Positions 1 through 14,049 of a stretch of 64,000 nucleotides of DNA are shown in pieces. How positions within the stretch are numbered: the first letter of the stretch is position 1; every line of letters starts with the position of its first letter. A program made the translations under genes and the position numbers. Under the pieces are notes generated by a model that was given only the letters and a program-made list of their open reading frames with translations, was not told the DNA's origin and did not search any database. Origin of the DNA: Phoronis australis (Eukaryota; Animalia; Phoronida); NCBI GenBank assembly GCA_002633005.1, contig NMRA01001000.1, positions 9,590 through 73,589 on the forward strand, read 5' to 3'.

Positions 1-704
1 TGACGATAGTCCACCTGCTGCAGACCATCTCAACAATTAGCTTGATCTGAAAAAGGCATTTCAGTGAGGATAGTCCAATTAACGATGACTGGCATACACG
101 CTGAGATTGTGCTTACCAGAATTACTTAAATTTACATTGAAGAATTACTTAAAACAAAAAGTCTCTCGCAATACACTTGACGTGCATACAGTAGCAAGAG
201 CGATATTATAGGTGTTCTAGAATGTTCTTGACCAACTGTATTATCATCGTGATCTAAGACATGACACGTTACAGTCTCCTCTTGTTTATTGCCATTAGCC
301 ATCGGCACTGATTTTATGAGAAAATCGGAAAAAAAACGATTCAAACTCTTGTCACTCGCGTGATGTACGTCGCTAATCGATTAACTTAATTCCAGAATTC
401 ATCTTGTTATGCTTTTTTATGTTCGTGGAATTCACACAAGCGGCCGGGCCTCAGTGGTGCGCACGACTACTTACTATGCATGTACAATAAGGTAGACAAT
501 CTTCCTCTCTCACGGACCGGTGCAGGAGCGTTCTCAACAACGCCCTTTTCTCACGAACGCAATTTTTTTTCTTACCAGCTGTAGTTCTGTTCGCATTAAC
601 CGCAGTTTAGTTCCTACAAACTCAGTTATTTTCTCATCAACCTCGTTTCGTTTCACCGCCGACATACAGGAGGTACGAGTTGCACGTTCTGGCATTATGT
701 TCGC

Positions 705-973
705 CAGTGGCAGATCTAGGATACCATGAGGGGAGCTCAACATGTTGCCTCGGGAATTGGGCAAAGAGCAGGCGGTCCGAAAGTTGCGGGGGCCGGGGAT
801 ATGGACCTTCTGTTCAGTAAATCTATCGGTGGACTAAGAAAAAAAAAAGGGAACACGATTCCTTCGCGATCTGGGGTCTGAGCCCCCCCTCATCCGCTTC
901 CGTTCCTTATTACTGAACACAATATTTCTATTACCTCACGCTGCCCCTCCCCTCCCCTATAAGTCCGCCTATG
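705..973. mobile_element. MITE (CAGTGGC..GCCTATG family) with 6-bp TSD
   Basis: Ends cagtggcagatctagg / aagtccgcctatg are imperfect inverted repeats; flanked by direct repeat gttcgc (699-704 and 974-979); related termini at 14050, 51566 and 59165. Confidence 0.7.
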
Positions 974-1044
974 GTTCGCGCATGGCACAATGTGTCAAAT
1001 CTCTGCACTATCACTGGAAAAATTTGCAATTCGTGAGAAAGATT

Positions 1045-1197
1045 CAGGGGTATCACAGAATCATACGCACGAACATCGCATCATACGCCCTAACCACATT
1101 CGAACCCACGAAACTATGGGTTCCGTGCATGATTCATACGGTAGGCGGTTCGTGCGTAAGATGCGATGTTCGTGCGTATGATTCTATGGTAACCCTG
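1045..1197. mobile_element. Hairpin MITE with ~50-bp TIRs and 5-bp TSD
   Basis: caggggtatcacagaatcatacgcacgaacatcgcatc is a near reverse complement of gatgcgatgttcgtgcgtatgattctatggtaaccctg; TSD agatt at 1040-1044 and 1198-1202. Confidence 0.8.
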
Positions 1198-4100
1198 AGA
1201 TTGTATTCGTAAGAACAGAATTGCGGCACATGAGAAACGAACTGCTGCTCGCGAGAAAAGAAGTGTAATCGTGAGAAGAGAACGCAGTTAACTTGAAAGC
1301 CCTCGCGGTTCGTGAAGTAGGAGGATTGTCTACCACTGAATAGCCTGTCCGCATGTATTGATAAAATTCCTTAGTTTTATGAGAGATTCGGGCACGTTTT
1401 TGTAAACTATACCATTTTATGTAACAGTATAACACCCACCTGACACGAATGTACAATACACAGTCACAAGATGCAAGAGTTGACTGCTACTACTCGACAA
1501 TCGCCTGTGTCAACGACTTGTATGAAGTATTTGTTGAAGTCGCCACGACCCATTTCATATAACAATGTAAGCACGTTATTGTTTACAATATTTATAATGC
1601 CGTATACATTTAAAAGCGCCACACTAAACGAAATGAGCATTTTCTTTTGTTCGTCGACACCACGCCATAGGCATGTGTTTTCGGTTGGATCTGTCGGTCA
1701 GAAGCCGTATATCTGGTGTCCATTGAGCTCGCGTACATGTATCTGGCCCCAGTACCTTACCCAGCCTTTTCTCTGTTCTCGTTGAGGTCGGGAAATTTTC
1801 AGTGCCACCGGTTCTCAATAAATACGTAATGCAGAAGGCTTTTTAAATGTTCGGTGACACAATACACTACATGTCTTGCAACAGAAAACTGAAAACAGGA
1901 AAATTAAAACCGACAGGCCAGTATCTGGCAGCAGTCGAAAGCCCGCTTCCCCCGGCCACAGCCGTCGGCTGACGGTCTGTGGCAACAGTCCAATGGCCCC
2001 AGGCGCCTGGTGTTGCGTTTTGGTTGAACATTTTTAACGTACGAAAGACGCCAGGAAACGATTTTCCCGCGCCGGAGATGTTTTTTTCACAAAGCTCGGA
2101 CAAAAATGAAATACCTGCTTTTTGGAAAAGGCGTGCAGTGTTCCCCTCCCGCTACCAAAATAACTGGCTCATCAAGCTTGTGCTGGACTCGCCTCAGGTG
2201 ACAGATGATGTTCTTCGGTACCTACTATGACTGTCCTCGGCGCCGACAGGAACGTTCAGTTGGTTACTTTCACAGTAAATTATCCGCAGCGAACTGGCGA
2301 AGCTAAAGTGGCCAAGCTGTGTTTGTACGTCTTCTTTTCATAATTGGCATACTTGAATAAATTGACTCACGTGGAAGCACTTTTCGAGTTCCTATTTACA
2401 CGATTGAGTAATATCAAATGTCACACCTCTCAGTACACGCTTTGAGAAACGTTATTGAATTTAATGGGCAGATGAGCGTAAAAGAGTCCTTTCCAAGGAA
2501 CTATTTTCTCAAGACACATTTGATCACCTCTCATCCTTTTCTAATCTGCGCGCGCCTACACATGTAGAGTCGTGAACAAAAACAGTATTATTTTTATTGG
2601 CAAGTGTGGCAGGTCAGCATTGTTCGCAATATTTATATCCAGCTTGAACGATTCCTTCTATTCAATATTCAACAGTGTGTACAAAGTGGAGTATGATTTA
2701 GCGCTATGGTGACTTGCGAAGATAACGCAAAGTATTTTACCGTTTGAAACAGCTCGAGCGGCGAGTCCGGAGAGCATCAGAGTAAAACAAAGTTAGTAAC
2801 TCGATTGACCTCAGGCACTCTCACGGTCTAGTTGCCTCTTGTTCCCTGAACGATAAAGAGAAAAACGATTATGTAAAATCGTAGAATGATAACACAAATA
2901 AAGTTAAATAGTATATTGGCCAATTCAGGCACCCTGCACAACTGCACCGCAAATGGGTGTTTACTTTGTATTAAAATGGCCACTAGATGTCGAACCCGTC
3001 AGAAACCACCCCAGTCATCGTCTCCCTAATAAAAACTCACTTGTTAGTAAATTCCATTAACAAAAGTCCGTTCAGAAACTAACGGTGATACAGCGACAAA
3101 AGTAAAAATAGAGTTGTCACTACGAAGCACAGCGGTATAGTCGAATCTGTCCGAAGCTGACATCTGTTGTCACCGACGTTCATAGGAATAGTATACTATT
3201 AGCTATGATAAAATTAAAAATGATGATAAAAGTTTCTACAATTGTTCTTTGAAATGTAGCAGGGAGATGTCCGATTTCCTGTAATCTCGCACGATTCGTT
3301 ACTTAATTAACCGCAAATATTTTCACAAAGACATCTAAAAATGAATTTCTTTTAAAGATAAATCATGCTGGAGTTGACTTAATGCAAAATTATGCCAGTT
3401 TGACAATTTTTCTCAGCGGGAAAAAACAAAAAAGACTTATTTTCATCGAAAATATACATGCTCTATTAATTATGTTAATTACCGTCTTAAGTATCCTGAA
3501 AATAATTTTTTTTGCATTTAACTTATGTGTACAAGTTTTCAACATTAATTTGAATTTTAAAAAAAGCTTTCTGATAATCATATGAAACAGTAATGAAGCT
3601 GATATTACCTGTCGAGCAATTTCAAAAAATTTGACCTTATGAACTTTGACCTTGATTTGACCTTGACCTTAGCCTCAAATTTCGGACAACCGACCCCCAT
3701 GAGATTCCGCGTGTATCAAAGTACCTGTGTGCCAAATTTGCTGCTTTAATCCGGGGTGTAAATGTTTTGGGGTTTTTGGCTGCTAAAGGATAGGACTATT
3801 AGGAGATACATCTGCCAAGACAAAAACAACGACGTTGCCACTAGGAGGTGCCGCAGCATTCGGACCCGTCCCGCAATTAACAACAGTTGTACTGTTGTAG
3901 GTAAGAAAATATCTGTCAATTTTTCCAAAGAGTCATGGAACGCGAGAGCTTGTCAAAATTGCCTTTCAAACAACTTCTGACGGAAGTACCATCTCGCAAC
4001 CTCTACAACAGAGTTATTCCCTTTCCCCAATGAGGGAATTTCCAGGAAAATCACAGAATTCTCAATTTTTTAACTACGTGCGAAGAAAAAAATTCTGTAG

Positions 4101-5929
4101 TCACCGGAGTTTCTAGTCTCTCTCCAACTTATGATAAATCGCGCACGCGCTCAGTCATTTAACAAGCAGCTAACTGGCAATTGCAAGATGAATATCAACG
4201 TCAGAATATCATGTGTAATCGCACTCCGAATCTTAGTAAGTCGACAGTACACAGTATGAGGCTAGTCAAAAAAGCAAGAAATTTTCCAAAAATAATTCCA
4301 AGTGGAGTTTAGAATACATTTGAATACTACGATACCTCTGTAACTAATTTTAACCAGCAAGGACTCACATCAATTGGCTCTTCATTAGTAATCGGACTGG
4401 CTGCTGCTTGAAGTTGCCATTGTTTTTCATCAATGGTCAAAGATCGCATTTTCTAAATAAGGGAAATGTGCTACGTCAATGGTTTGCCATACCAAATTAG
4501 GAGACAAGCTTTGCCTTGTGGTAGAAAAATTGACGAAGTGACGAGCAGTTGAGATATCGTTTATTGAAATTTGAAACTAGAAAGGGAAATTCGTTGGTTA
4601 ACAAGAGAAGTTCAAAATCTTTACAAACAAACCGTAAAAATACCTAGTGTGCAGGTTCAATTCTGTTTCAGTGGCAGAGAACGACATAGAATAATTCTAT
4701 TTATTCTCTTTTTTGCGTTCCAGGCCTCTTTTATCTGTTCAGCAGTTTTTTTTTGGATAGAGAGGTTTCCAAAATAATAAAAAGTTATCTAGATGGTGCG
4801 GACTGTTTATAGTCCGCCTGAAAATAATAGCGTTGCACTCTCTTTAATAGAACTTATTTGCCAAATTCCATGCAATTATGTCAAGGGACTGCGGAGATAC
4901 AGAAGTAAGCGTAACAAATGCCACTAGGGGGCGCAGCTATGTTCAGAAAATCATCGTCATCGGTGTCACATTCGTATTGCAAGGGATTAAAGTGTTTAAA
5001 ATCACCATGCACGTTGTTTTGACAAGTGACTACATTGTCAGCATCATTAAACCTTCCTTTAGAGCTGTGCATGTCACAAAAATGAGTCCAATATCTCCAA
5101 AAACGAGAAAATAGACTAAAAGAGACACAATTTCAGACTCAAAATGTCTCTAGAGGTGGCCACAGATGTCATACCCGCCCGAAAAGCAATGTCAGCCGTG
5201 GCATTCATTGCAAGAACATGTCTGCCAGTTTTCATAATGTTGCTTGGGGCGGTTTCCCGTATCGCTAGCAGCTAGAAAGACAAACGCCAAAGAGCCTGAC
5301 TGGAAATAATGAAAATGACATATGTGTGGCACATAACACCCATTAATCCACCCTGAAATGCGAACTCGTCGTCGTCGTCTCCTTGAAAGAACATTTGGCA
5401 AATTTTATGGAAATTTGTCAAGGAACTGGAACTACAGAGGTACACTTAAAAAAACAAAAGCAAAAATGACTCTATGTGTCACAGCGATAGTTGGATCTGT
5501 CTGAAAGTCGAACATTCACAGGAAACACTTGCATTTTTTCACGAAATGAAAGACTACAGCCTTGGAAGCAAAAAATAAACGCGAAATCGCCATCTAAGGG
5601 AGCGTCAGAGTAGCCGGGCTCGTCCGAAACTTGATGTCAGCCGTGAGTAGAAACTCATCTGCTAAAAATCACAATTACTCTTTGAGATATGCTAATAATT
5701 TATGTGATGAGCAATTCAGGAATTGACATCGAACGTAGAGCTAAGATAAATACTATGATAAAAAATTTGTTTGGCAAAATAAACCACCTAGAATGAAAAA
5801 ATGTGGCTGTAAATCAAGTCATTGTTAGTTAAATGGGTTACGCGTTGATTAGATGGAAACAATGAAATTTTCAAAGTGTTTCCAGGGTATGTTCTTAAAA
5901 CACATGGAGGTATTTTGATCTTTTAATCA

Positions 5930-6593
5930 AATTATGATTGTTAATTGCTGTCTCTTGCAAATATTGATACGTTCTATCTTGACATCTTGATTGCTTGGGA
6001 AGAAATTAGTGCTCATTTACATAAGGACATAACAATTTTAAACCAAGTAGTGTGGAATAACAAATACATATTGATTAATAGGAGGACTGTATTCTTTAAT
6101 AGTTTCTTTGAGGCTGGTATTACTTTTGTGAAGGATCTTTTGAATTTTGAAAAACCTTTAAGTACTTCTATCTTCATAGAAAATTGTTTACAAAACGTAT
6201 TTTGAAAAAGATGAACTTAGTCAGTGATGACAAGTGTGCATCGTGTGGAACTGTTGAGACTTTTAACCATGTTTGTGGAATGTGGTTCTGTGAAAACTTT
6301 GTGGTGTGAAATTCAGAGACTTAATTTTCGTAACTGCACAACACGATTTAATCTTAGATAGAAATGTTATTTTGACAGCATATTTTGGATGTAATTTTGA
6401 AGATATCAATACCATATTAACTATTTGCCAGTATTTCATCCATAAATGTTCTAGAAACCAGATTATTCCTAGATATTCACAATTTCAATGTTTCTTGTAT
6501 AATTATTGTAAAGTAAGGAATATACAACCCCGCAAAACTGCCTTTTGGGAAACCATCAATGCCTATTTATTTTAGACCAACCGTGAATTTCTA
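5930..6593 (+). mobile_element. Tx1/L1-clade non-LTR retrotransposon, degenerate ORF2 3' end
   Basis: Peptides VWNNKYILINRRTVFFNSFFEAGITFVKDLL and KMNLVSDDKCASCGTVETFNH (zf-RVT-like CxxC..H) are typical of Tx1/L1 ORF2 C-termini; frameshifts present. Confidence 0.75.
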
Positions 6594-6595
6594 TN

Positions 6596-7262
6596 CTTGG
6601 GAAGAAATTAGTGCTCATTTACATAAGGACATAACAATTTTAAACCAAGTAGTGTGGAATAACAAATACATATTGATTGATAGGAGGACTGCATTCTTTA
6701 ATAGTTTCTTTGAGGCTGGTATTACTTTTGTGAAGGATCTTTTGAATTTTGAAAAACCTTTAAGTACTTCAATTTTCATAGAAAATTGTTTACAAAACGT
6801 ATTTTGAAAAAGATGATCTTAGTCAGTGATGACAAGTGTGCATCGTGTGGAACTGTTGAGACTTTTAACCATATGTTTGTGGAACTGTTGAGACTTTTAA
6901 CCATATGTTTGTGGAACTGTTGAGACTTTTAACCATATGTTTGTGGAATGTGGTTCTGTGAAAACTTTGTGGTGTGATATTCAGAGACTTAATTTTCGTA
7001 ACTGCACAACACGATTTAATCTTAGATAGAAATGTTATTTTGACAGCATATTTTGGATGTAATTTTGAAGATATCAATACCAAATTAACTATTTGCCAGT
7101 ATTTCATCCATAAATGTTCTAGAAACCAGATTATTCCTAAATATTCACAATTTCAATGTTTCTTGTATAATTATTGTAAAGTAAGGAATATACAACCCCG
7201 CAAAACTGCCTTTTGGGAAACCATCAATGCCTATTTATTTTAGACCAACCGTGAATTTCTAT
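6596..7262 (+). mobile_element. Second near-identical copy of the Tx1/L1 fragment, after a single-N join
   Basis: Repeats ~5994-6593 with few SNPs; contains a ~32-bp internal tandem repeat (tgtggaactgttgagacttttaaccatatgtt x3) at ~6846-6948. Confidence 0.7.
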
Positions 7263-9179
7263 TATTTAAAATATGTGTGTGTGTATCTGTGTTTCATTTG
7301 CAAAGATCTTATTGTTTGTAAATATTAGTGTATTTAGAAATAAAATGTAAAAAAATGTTTGTAGAATAGAGGTAGACCGTCAAATGTGGATTTGAAAGAA
7401 TAAAAATGACCACTAGGTGGCGCAGAATACACCAAGTTCGTCCCAAAGCAGGGAACACCCGCAGGATGTTACTGCAGACGCAATCATTCGCGTTGGCTAA
7501 GGTACTGTTTGGATTGTTGTATGCGTTTGAAATTACCCCATAATTACTTGTGCCCCGATTTCTGCGATGCTGACGGAGTTTTCCCGCCATTGTCTTGGCT
7601 TTCTGCCCACCGGGTGTCTAGTTTTGCTCGTAAGCTGATTTTGTACTATGTAATTATACTTTCTTTATGTGAGTAAAGATTTTTTAACTTTTTTTGATAT
7701 TTTGGTATATGCACTACATTTTCTCGTCTTCTGGGTTTGTTCTTTGCGCCGGGCCCTAAGCTTACTTGACACATATGTGTTTTTTTTCGCAGTGCGGGGT
7801 CATGAGTGTTTTCCCATGACCTTGAACTTGTATTTCTTAGCCTATTTCTTTTAGTTATCTCTTGCACCTGAATTCTCTTGTGTGTTGACCAGCGTGGTTT
7901 AATATAGTGTCGCTTAGTATATATTTTTCTTTGTGCCGAAAGGTCAAAGGTCATATGGCATTAACATAATTTCTCGTTTTGTGTATCTGACTGTTCTTGT
8001 AATTACTTTTGTTATATTTTGCTCGCGCGGTATTTTGTCTCTTCTGGGTTTAATTTGGTGTTGTTCTTGTTGCTGAAGTGCAATCCTGTACCTCTGAACC
8101 CTTTGTAAATTTATTCATCATTCGTGCGCCAGAACTGTGCCAGAGCATAACGGTCGACTTGAACAATTTGTTTCACAGGAAAATACAGGAAAAGATCTTT
8201 AAAATCTCATGACTATCCTGCAAGAAGTTTAGGACATAGTTAACAAGCCTTACACTCTCACTTACTTACCCGAGAAACGCACGTGAATTTGTTTGTTTAC
8301 TCTACGAAATAAAATATTCAAAATGGTCGACAAACATGGACTGGTGTATGTGAAACTTATCACATTCGATCAGAACACTTCAGCTTGCTGGGAGTACATT
8401 GCAGGTGTTTTAGACTTCAACGTTGTGAGAGAATGAGACACCTTTGCTAAAGTTTTAATCTAGCTGCCAATGGCACCGCTATACGAACGTACATACCTGT
8501 AGGCCAGTCAACAGTGGCGTGCATTATCGATACATGGATGAGACGGCCTCACCACCAGGTGACTGAGAAGGTTATGGGCAGGTCAAACTGTCGCCTATGT
8601 TGGTTTGCTGTGGTCATTCATCAAAGTGTGTCATCGCGTTGAGTCGGAGGTAAGGTCATTCAGTGCGTTCACGAGAGTCATATATTTCAGGTCATCTGGT
8701 GGCGAGACCGGCTCGACCAACTGGCTTACCAAGTCGCCAAACTACATGTCTTCAGTGGAAATGAGTATTTCAACATAATAATTCCGCAAAGAGCCCGTTT
8801 AAGTCGAGAATGAAAATCTTTGAAATTTCAGGTAGAAAATCAGTATACAATGTGCCATTAGCATTTGTGCAGTGAAATTTTCTTTGTGGACTGACGTATC
8901 AAAGATTAATAAAACTTACTACCAAATAAATAGCTTAATGGAAACTTGGCTTTGAAAAGACTTGTCACTCAAAAACATTTTAGCAACTTAAAGAAAAAAT
9001 TCAGATGCCAGTACAAAACATGGTCCCCTGACCACGTCCGCCCGTGGCCATTTCCGAGGATTGGGATACATGTACCCATGGAGCACTGTGGTATCCAAGA
9101 AAATTGGTTGCGACTTTTCATGCCTGAAAAGCCTCTGGGATCCCAGTCTATACATGATCTTTGGCAGTTTTTGGTGGCT

Positions 9180-9545
9180 GACTCGTGGACGACTGAGACG
9201 GTCTCCCATCTGGTGACTGGGCCACCAGTGCTACCTGCATGGAATTGTTCAGTGAAAAACCAGTGAATTAATTTTATGTGGCACTTGCCATCATTGCGTC
9301 CGAATTGGTGACGTCGCATCATAAGACAAAGGCGGAACCAGCTTTTTACGAAAGGTTATAATCTTTTACTTCGGAGTCCCCTTTTGTACTACAAAAGTCT
9401 TATCATGTCTGACAGAATTCGGGCTGTGCCACCATGTAAACAGAGTCAGGTGAAAGGGTTTTTTCCTATTCTGGTCCCTGTCTTTGGAATCTACTACAGT
9501 GTGATTCCAGGAATCATTTGAATAACTTATCATACAGGAAGAAAA
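9180..9545 (-). mobile_element. Possible highly decayed LINE ORF2 3' remnant
   Basis: Minus-strand fragments (RKKPFHLTLF.., FFT..TIP) loosely resemble the RR..L..F.K / SFFPRTI..WN motifs at LINE ORF2 ends; heavily disrupted. Confidence 0.3.
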
Positions 9546-10561
9546 TAAAAAAAACATTGTTCAAAGAAGCATATTGCACTTAGTACCAGTTACTACTAAT
9601 TATATTTTAATTTTGTTATTAACTACTCTGTCTGAATTTTTCATTAGGTATTCCTCAGGTTAAAAGTAATCTATGTCTGCATGATGATTTTCGGCTTTTT
9701 ACATATTTATTTATTATTTACTATAATATTTCCATGTTTTTTCTTTTTGTATGTTGATATTATAATCATTTTCTATTATTTAATCATTAAGAAATGGGGA
9801 GCGTTTTCATTGCAAGTTACCCAAACGATATTGGTGATATTCCTCCTATGAATCTAGCAACGTGCATCGATCAACTGTCATCAGCTGGAAACGAAAATGG
9901 AAGAATTGAAAGAAAGTTCTTCACAAATATTAAGGAACTTGGAGAGACTTAAAAGGCTGGGCGCTACTGTCGAAGCCTTGCACCGGCAAGTTAATGCAAT
10001 ACTTTCTTTCGTTTACATAACTCCCGAGGCGGCTATTTAGAGCTCGCAGGCAAAGTTCTTATAGTGGAATGTGATGAGTTAGATGCGTGAACAATTCACA
10101 CGTGGAACGTATGCTAACGAAAACACCCACGTGGTTGGTTTATCTAGGCTTAGAGAGTTCCTATCATGACCATGTGTCTCAAAAAGAATTTTATTAACAC
10201 TTCTCCAGAGACTTAATAGCCTTTAGTATACCTGTTGGTAAGAAACAAGCCAAAAATTGAAAAAAAAACATTGTTCTGTTACCGTGGTTGTACAATAACG
10301 TAGAAAATAAATCTGAAACTAAATAAGGCGATCTAGGTCCTCCCAAGGATACTATTGTTTCACGAAATGTAAAATATAAATAGGTAAATAAAACAACAAG
10401 AATGGATCAACTGAAATTTTCGAAGGTAATAACGTCCTTTGTCAACAGAAACAGAAATAAAGTAAAATCAAACACTATATGACAATTGACATTTAAGATA
10501 TGGTGTAATGAATATGATACATTTTTGCGTAAAAACTTCAGTGATATATTTTAAGAAGTTT

Positions 10562-11632
10562 TTATGTTCAATCCATGAGGTTCTATTGTATTGAGCTTGT
10601 CTATCCAATATTTTTCTCTTTTGAGTCTGTGAGAGGTACTGGGGTGTTGGAGTTTTTCTATTATTTGTACAGAAAGATCTTGAATATTATGGTTTTTGGA
10701 ACTGAAATGATTACCTCTAGTATAAGAAAAGTTTTTATGTATTATGTTAAATCTATGATTACGAAACCGAGTTTGTAGATTATGTTGAGTTTGTCCTACG
10801 TATTGGATAGAACATTTTTTACAAGTTATAAGGTAAATAATACTGTTAGTGGTGCAATCAGAATAATGTTTTATTTCAAAGTTTTCATTGGTCTGGGAAG
10901 ACTTGAAAAAGTGCTATCGTTGATAAAGTTACACATTTTACACCTAGTTTTGTTACATTGTGTGTTGCCAATTGTTTTCTAAGTTTGGTGTATATTGTCG
11001 ATGTTAGCTTTAACTAAATAATTTTTTTAGATTTTTACATTTTCTCCAAGAAATTATAGGTGGTTGAGGAAATAGGTTTTTCATTTGAGGGGAAATATGC
11101 AGCGTGGAAACATGTTTTCTGAAGAGTGGCTAATTCCGTTTAAACATGGATTGAACATAGTTATGAATGGTATTCTATTAGTACTATATTGTAGTATTGC
11201 CTTTAATTTTAGTTCTTAAAGATTCATTTCGTGTGATTGAACGGACTTTGTCAAACTGTTTGTGTATAAGATGTAAGGGAAAATGACGTTGAACTAGAAA
11301 GTGCTTGAGTTCTTTCAAACGGTTATTAAAGGAAGCTTCTTCTGAACAAATGCGTTGAATTCTTAGGGCAAGGCTATATGGAAGGCTTTTCTTGCAATGA
11401 AAGGGATGACACGAGTGATATGACAGATACTGGTGTTTGTCAGTTTCTTTACAGAATAAGTCAGTTTCTAGTTTATCAAACATCTAAAAATGAGACTTTA
11501 TTTTGAGAAATGTCATGAGTGAACTTAATAGTATGGTGAAATTTGTTAATATTTTCTAAAAATACATCTAATTTTTGTGGGCCATGGGTCCAGATCATAA
11601 AAATGTCATCAATGTACCTTATCCATACTACA
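10562..11632 (-). mobile_element. Penelope-like element fragment (RT thumb plus GIY-YIG C-terminus), 5'-truncated and decayed
   Basis: WIRYIDDIFMIWTHG (YxDD motif), FLENINKFHHTIKFT..VSFLDV, TDLFCKETDKHQYLSYHSCHPFHCKKSLPYSLALRIQRICS and terminal REKYWIDKLNTIEPHGLN (~10565-10620) are hallmark PLE motifs; frameshifts and deletions present. Confidence 0.9.
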
Positions 11633-13227
11633 GCGCCCTCTCTGTATTTTCCACAATGCTGCGCATCCATGGGGTAGCTTGTCATCTGTCATTCTGACGT
11701 GAATGAAGTTTTAATGTTGCATGGTGGGTCGTGCTGCAGACCTAGAAATTCAAAAGGTTGACAGAAACTCAAATGAAAACGATATCTAGTGTCACTCCGT
11801 CAGATCACTTTATTTTTTTATTTTCAGAGCAAACTATTGTGGAGGATGCGGCTACGACTTCGGGCAAAACGGAAAAAAGTTGCCAAAACTCGAATGAACC
11901 CAATTAAAATTTTAAGTGCGACTCCAAATATGAAGCTATGCATTGATTACGGAAATTGTATGATTTTCCGGTAGCAACGTGCTTTATAAAAAACACTTGA
12001 ATATGATACCAGTTACGATTTTCAAACCTAACGTTTCTATAACTATTCAGACTCTTCTGTGAAAATGCTATGTTTTGATTTTTCCAGTTGCGCCTGATTT
12101 CGTGTCAATCCGCTGCTGTACAACGAGCGACTTGCCAATCTATTCAAAAACCTGCCTGACATATCGATTCACCAAAATGACAAAAACAGGTTTCAATGCA
12201 TGTGCACTGTAGAAAGCACACTATGTTCCCCCAACAACGAAAAGACAACGTTGCCGAACTGACCTGCTTTACTTGAATTATTGGTCAAGTGCTCGCCCCG
12301 ACAGTTCAACTGGGCTTTTTAATTAAAAAATTCATTGCACTGAATTATTCGACTAAAGTTCATATGCTTTGAAGGTTTGAAAGAATTGCCCCTGGCGCGA
12401 GTTTTCACGTCACGCTCTGTGTTTTACATGTGAGTGGACAAAGCACATAAGTGAATCAGAAAAAAATAGCCTAAAGTCTCTCTTGTCCTTAGGACGCAGG
12501 CACGCCATTTGACAAGGAATGAGAACTAATTTATGATTTTATTAATGTTAAAAACGACCAATTAACTCCCAGATTGCATTGAGTCTGACTAATAGTTCAA
12601 TTATGGCACCACCCGCTGTTATCGTCTGCAATTAAGGCTGCATTTTGCTCGCTAAACTCTGAATTTTCGTTTCTTAAGCGAAACGCTTTCAAATTGGGAT
12701 TTGAAAACATTACAACGCCCATCGGATCTTGAATTGTTGTCGAATGAGTAGGCAACTCAAGGCAATACCAAAATTCGCCATTTTCGAATTTTCAATTTTA
12801 GGGTTGACCAACGTACTCCAAGAAACACCGAAGCGGGATTTTTGAATTGCTGATGATTCCATTGTTCTTGTTTGTAACGGAAAATGTAAACACGATAAAA
12901 ATATGATAATACAGACTTAGCGAGAGTGAAGGTTTAATTCCAATGCAGCTTGAAACATTTAAAAGAACGACCGACTGACTACATGTATTGAACGTAATTT
13001 TTGTTGGAGATATTTTGTGTTTCGGTGAAAACACAAACAAGGATGACTAACTCAAAACCACCTTAAAGACATGAGCCACTTCCTCCATCCTCAGTCCGGC
13101 GTTAATAGCCACATTGAAATGTCCCGGACTGTCTTCAAATGACATAAACTGATGGCAATCATGTAAAAAGTACAAACGTGCGCGAAATAACGGCCTTTCG
13201 GACTAATGGTTGTACTGCTCAGGATTT

Positions 13228-14049
13228 CGGAGTATAGGCCTTCAGAGTATAGGCTCTTCGGAGTATAGACCTTCAAGGCATACGCCCTTCAGAGATTATG
13301 CCTTTCAGAGAATAGGCTCTTCCGGAGTATAGGCCTTCAGAGCATGGCCTCGGAGTATAGGCCTTCAGAGTATGGCCTCGGAGTATAGGCCTTCAGAGTA
13401 TGGCCTCGGAGTATAGGCCTTCAGAGTATGGCCTCGGAGTATAGGCCTTCAGAGTATGGCCTCGGAGTATAGGCCTTCAGAGTATGGCCTCGGAGTATAG
13501 GCCTTCAGAGTATGGCCTCGGAGTATAGGCCTTCAGAGTATGGCCTCGGAGTATAGGCCTTCAGAGTATGGCCTCGGAGTATAGGCCTTCAGAGTATGGC
13601 CTCGGAGTATAGGCCTTCAGAGTATGGCCTCGGAGTATAGGCCTTCAGAGTATGGCCTCGGAGTATAGGCCTTCAGAGTATGGCCTCGGAGTATAGGCCT
13701 TCAGAGTATGGCCTCGGAGTATAGGCCTTCAGAGTATGGCCTCGGAGTATAGGCCTTCAGAGTATGGCCTCGGAGTATAGGCCTTCAGAGTATGGCCTCG
13801 GAGTATAGGCCTTCAGAGTATGGCCTCGGAGTATAGGCCTTCAGAGTATGGCCTCGGAGTATAGGCCTTCAGAGTATGGCCTCGGAGTATAGGCCTTCAG
13901 AGTATGGCCTCGGAGTATAGGCCTTCAGAGTATGGCCTCGGAGTATAGGCCTTCAGAGTATGGCCTCGGAGTATAGGCTTTTCAGAGAGTAAAGGCCTTT
14001 CGGAGAATAGGCCCATCAGACTAGGCCTGTAGGTCCTTTGGAGTATAGG
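13228..14049. repeat. 28-bp tandem satellite with degenerate ~15-bp flanking repeats
   Basis: Unit cggagtataggccttcagagtatggcct repeated ~22 times almost perfectly (~13351-13978); built from two related ~14-bp halves; looser gagtataggccttc monomers on both sides. Confidence 0.95.

Noticed and set aside
13323-13978. 28-bp repeat array as a CRISPR array
   Set aside because: Units are directly adjacent with no unique spacers, no cas genes, and the context is eukaryotic.
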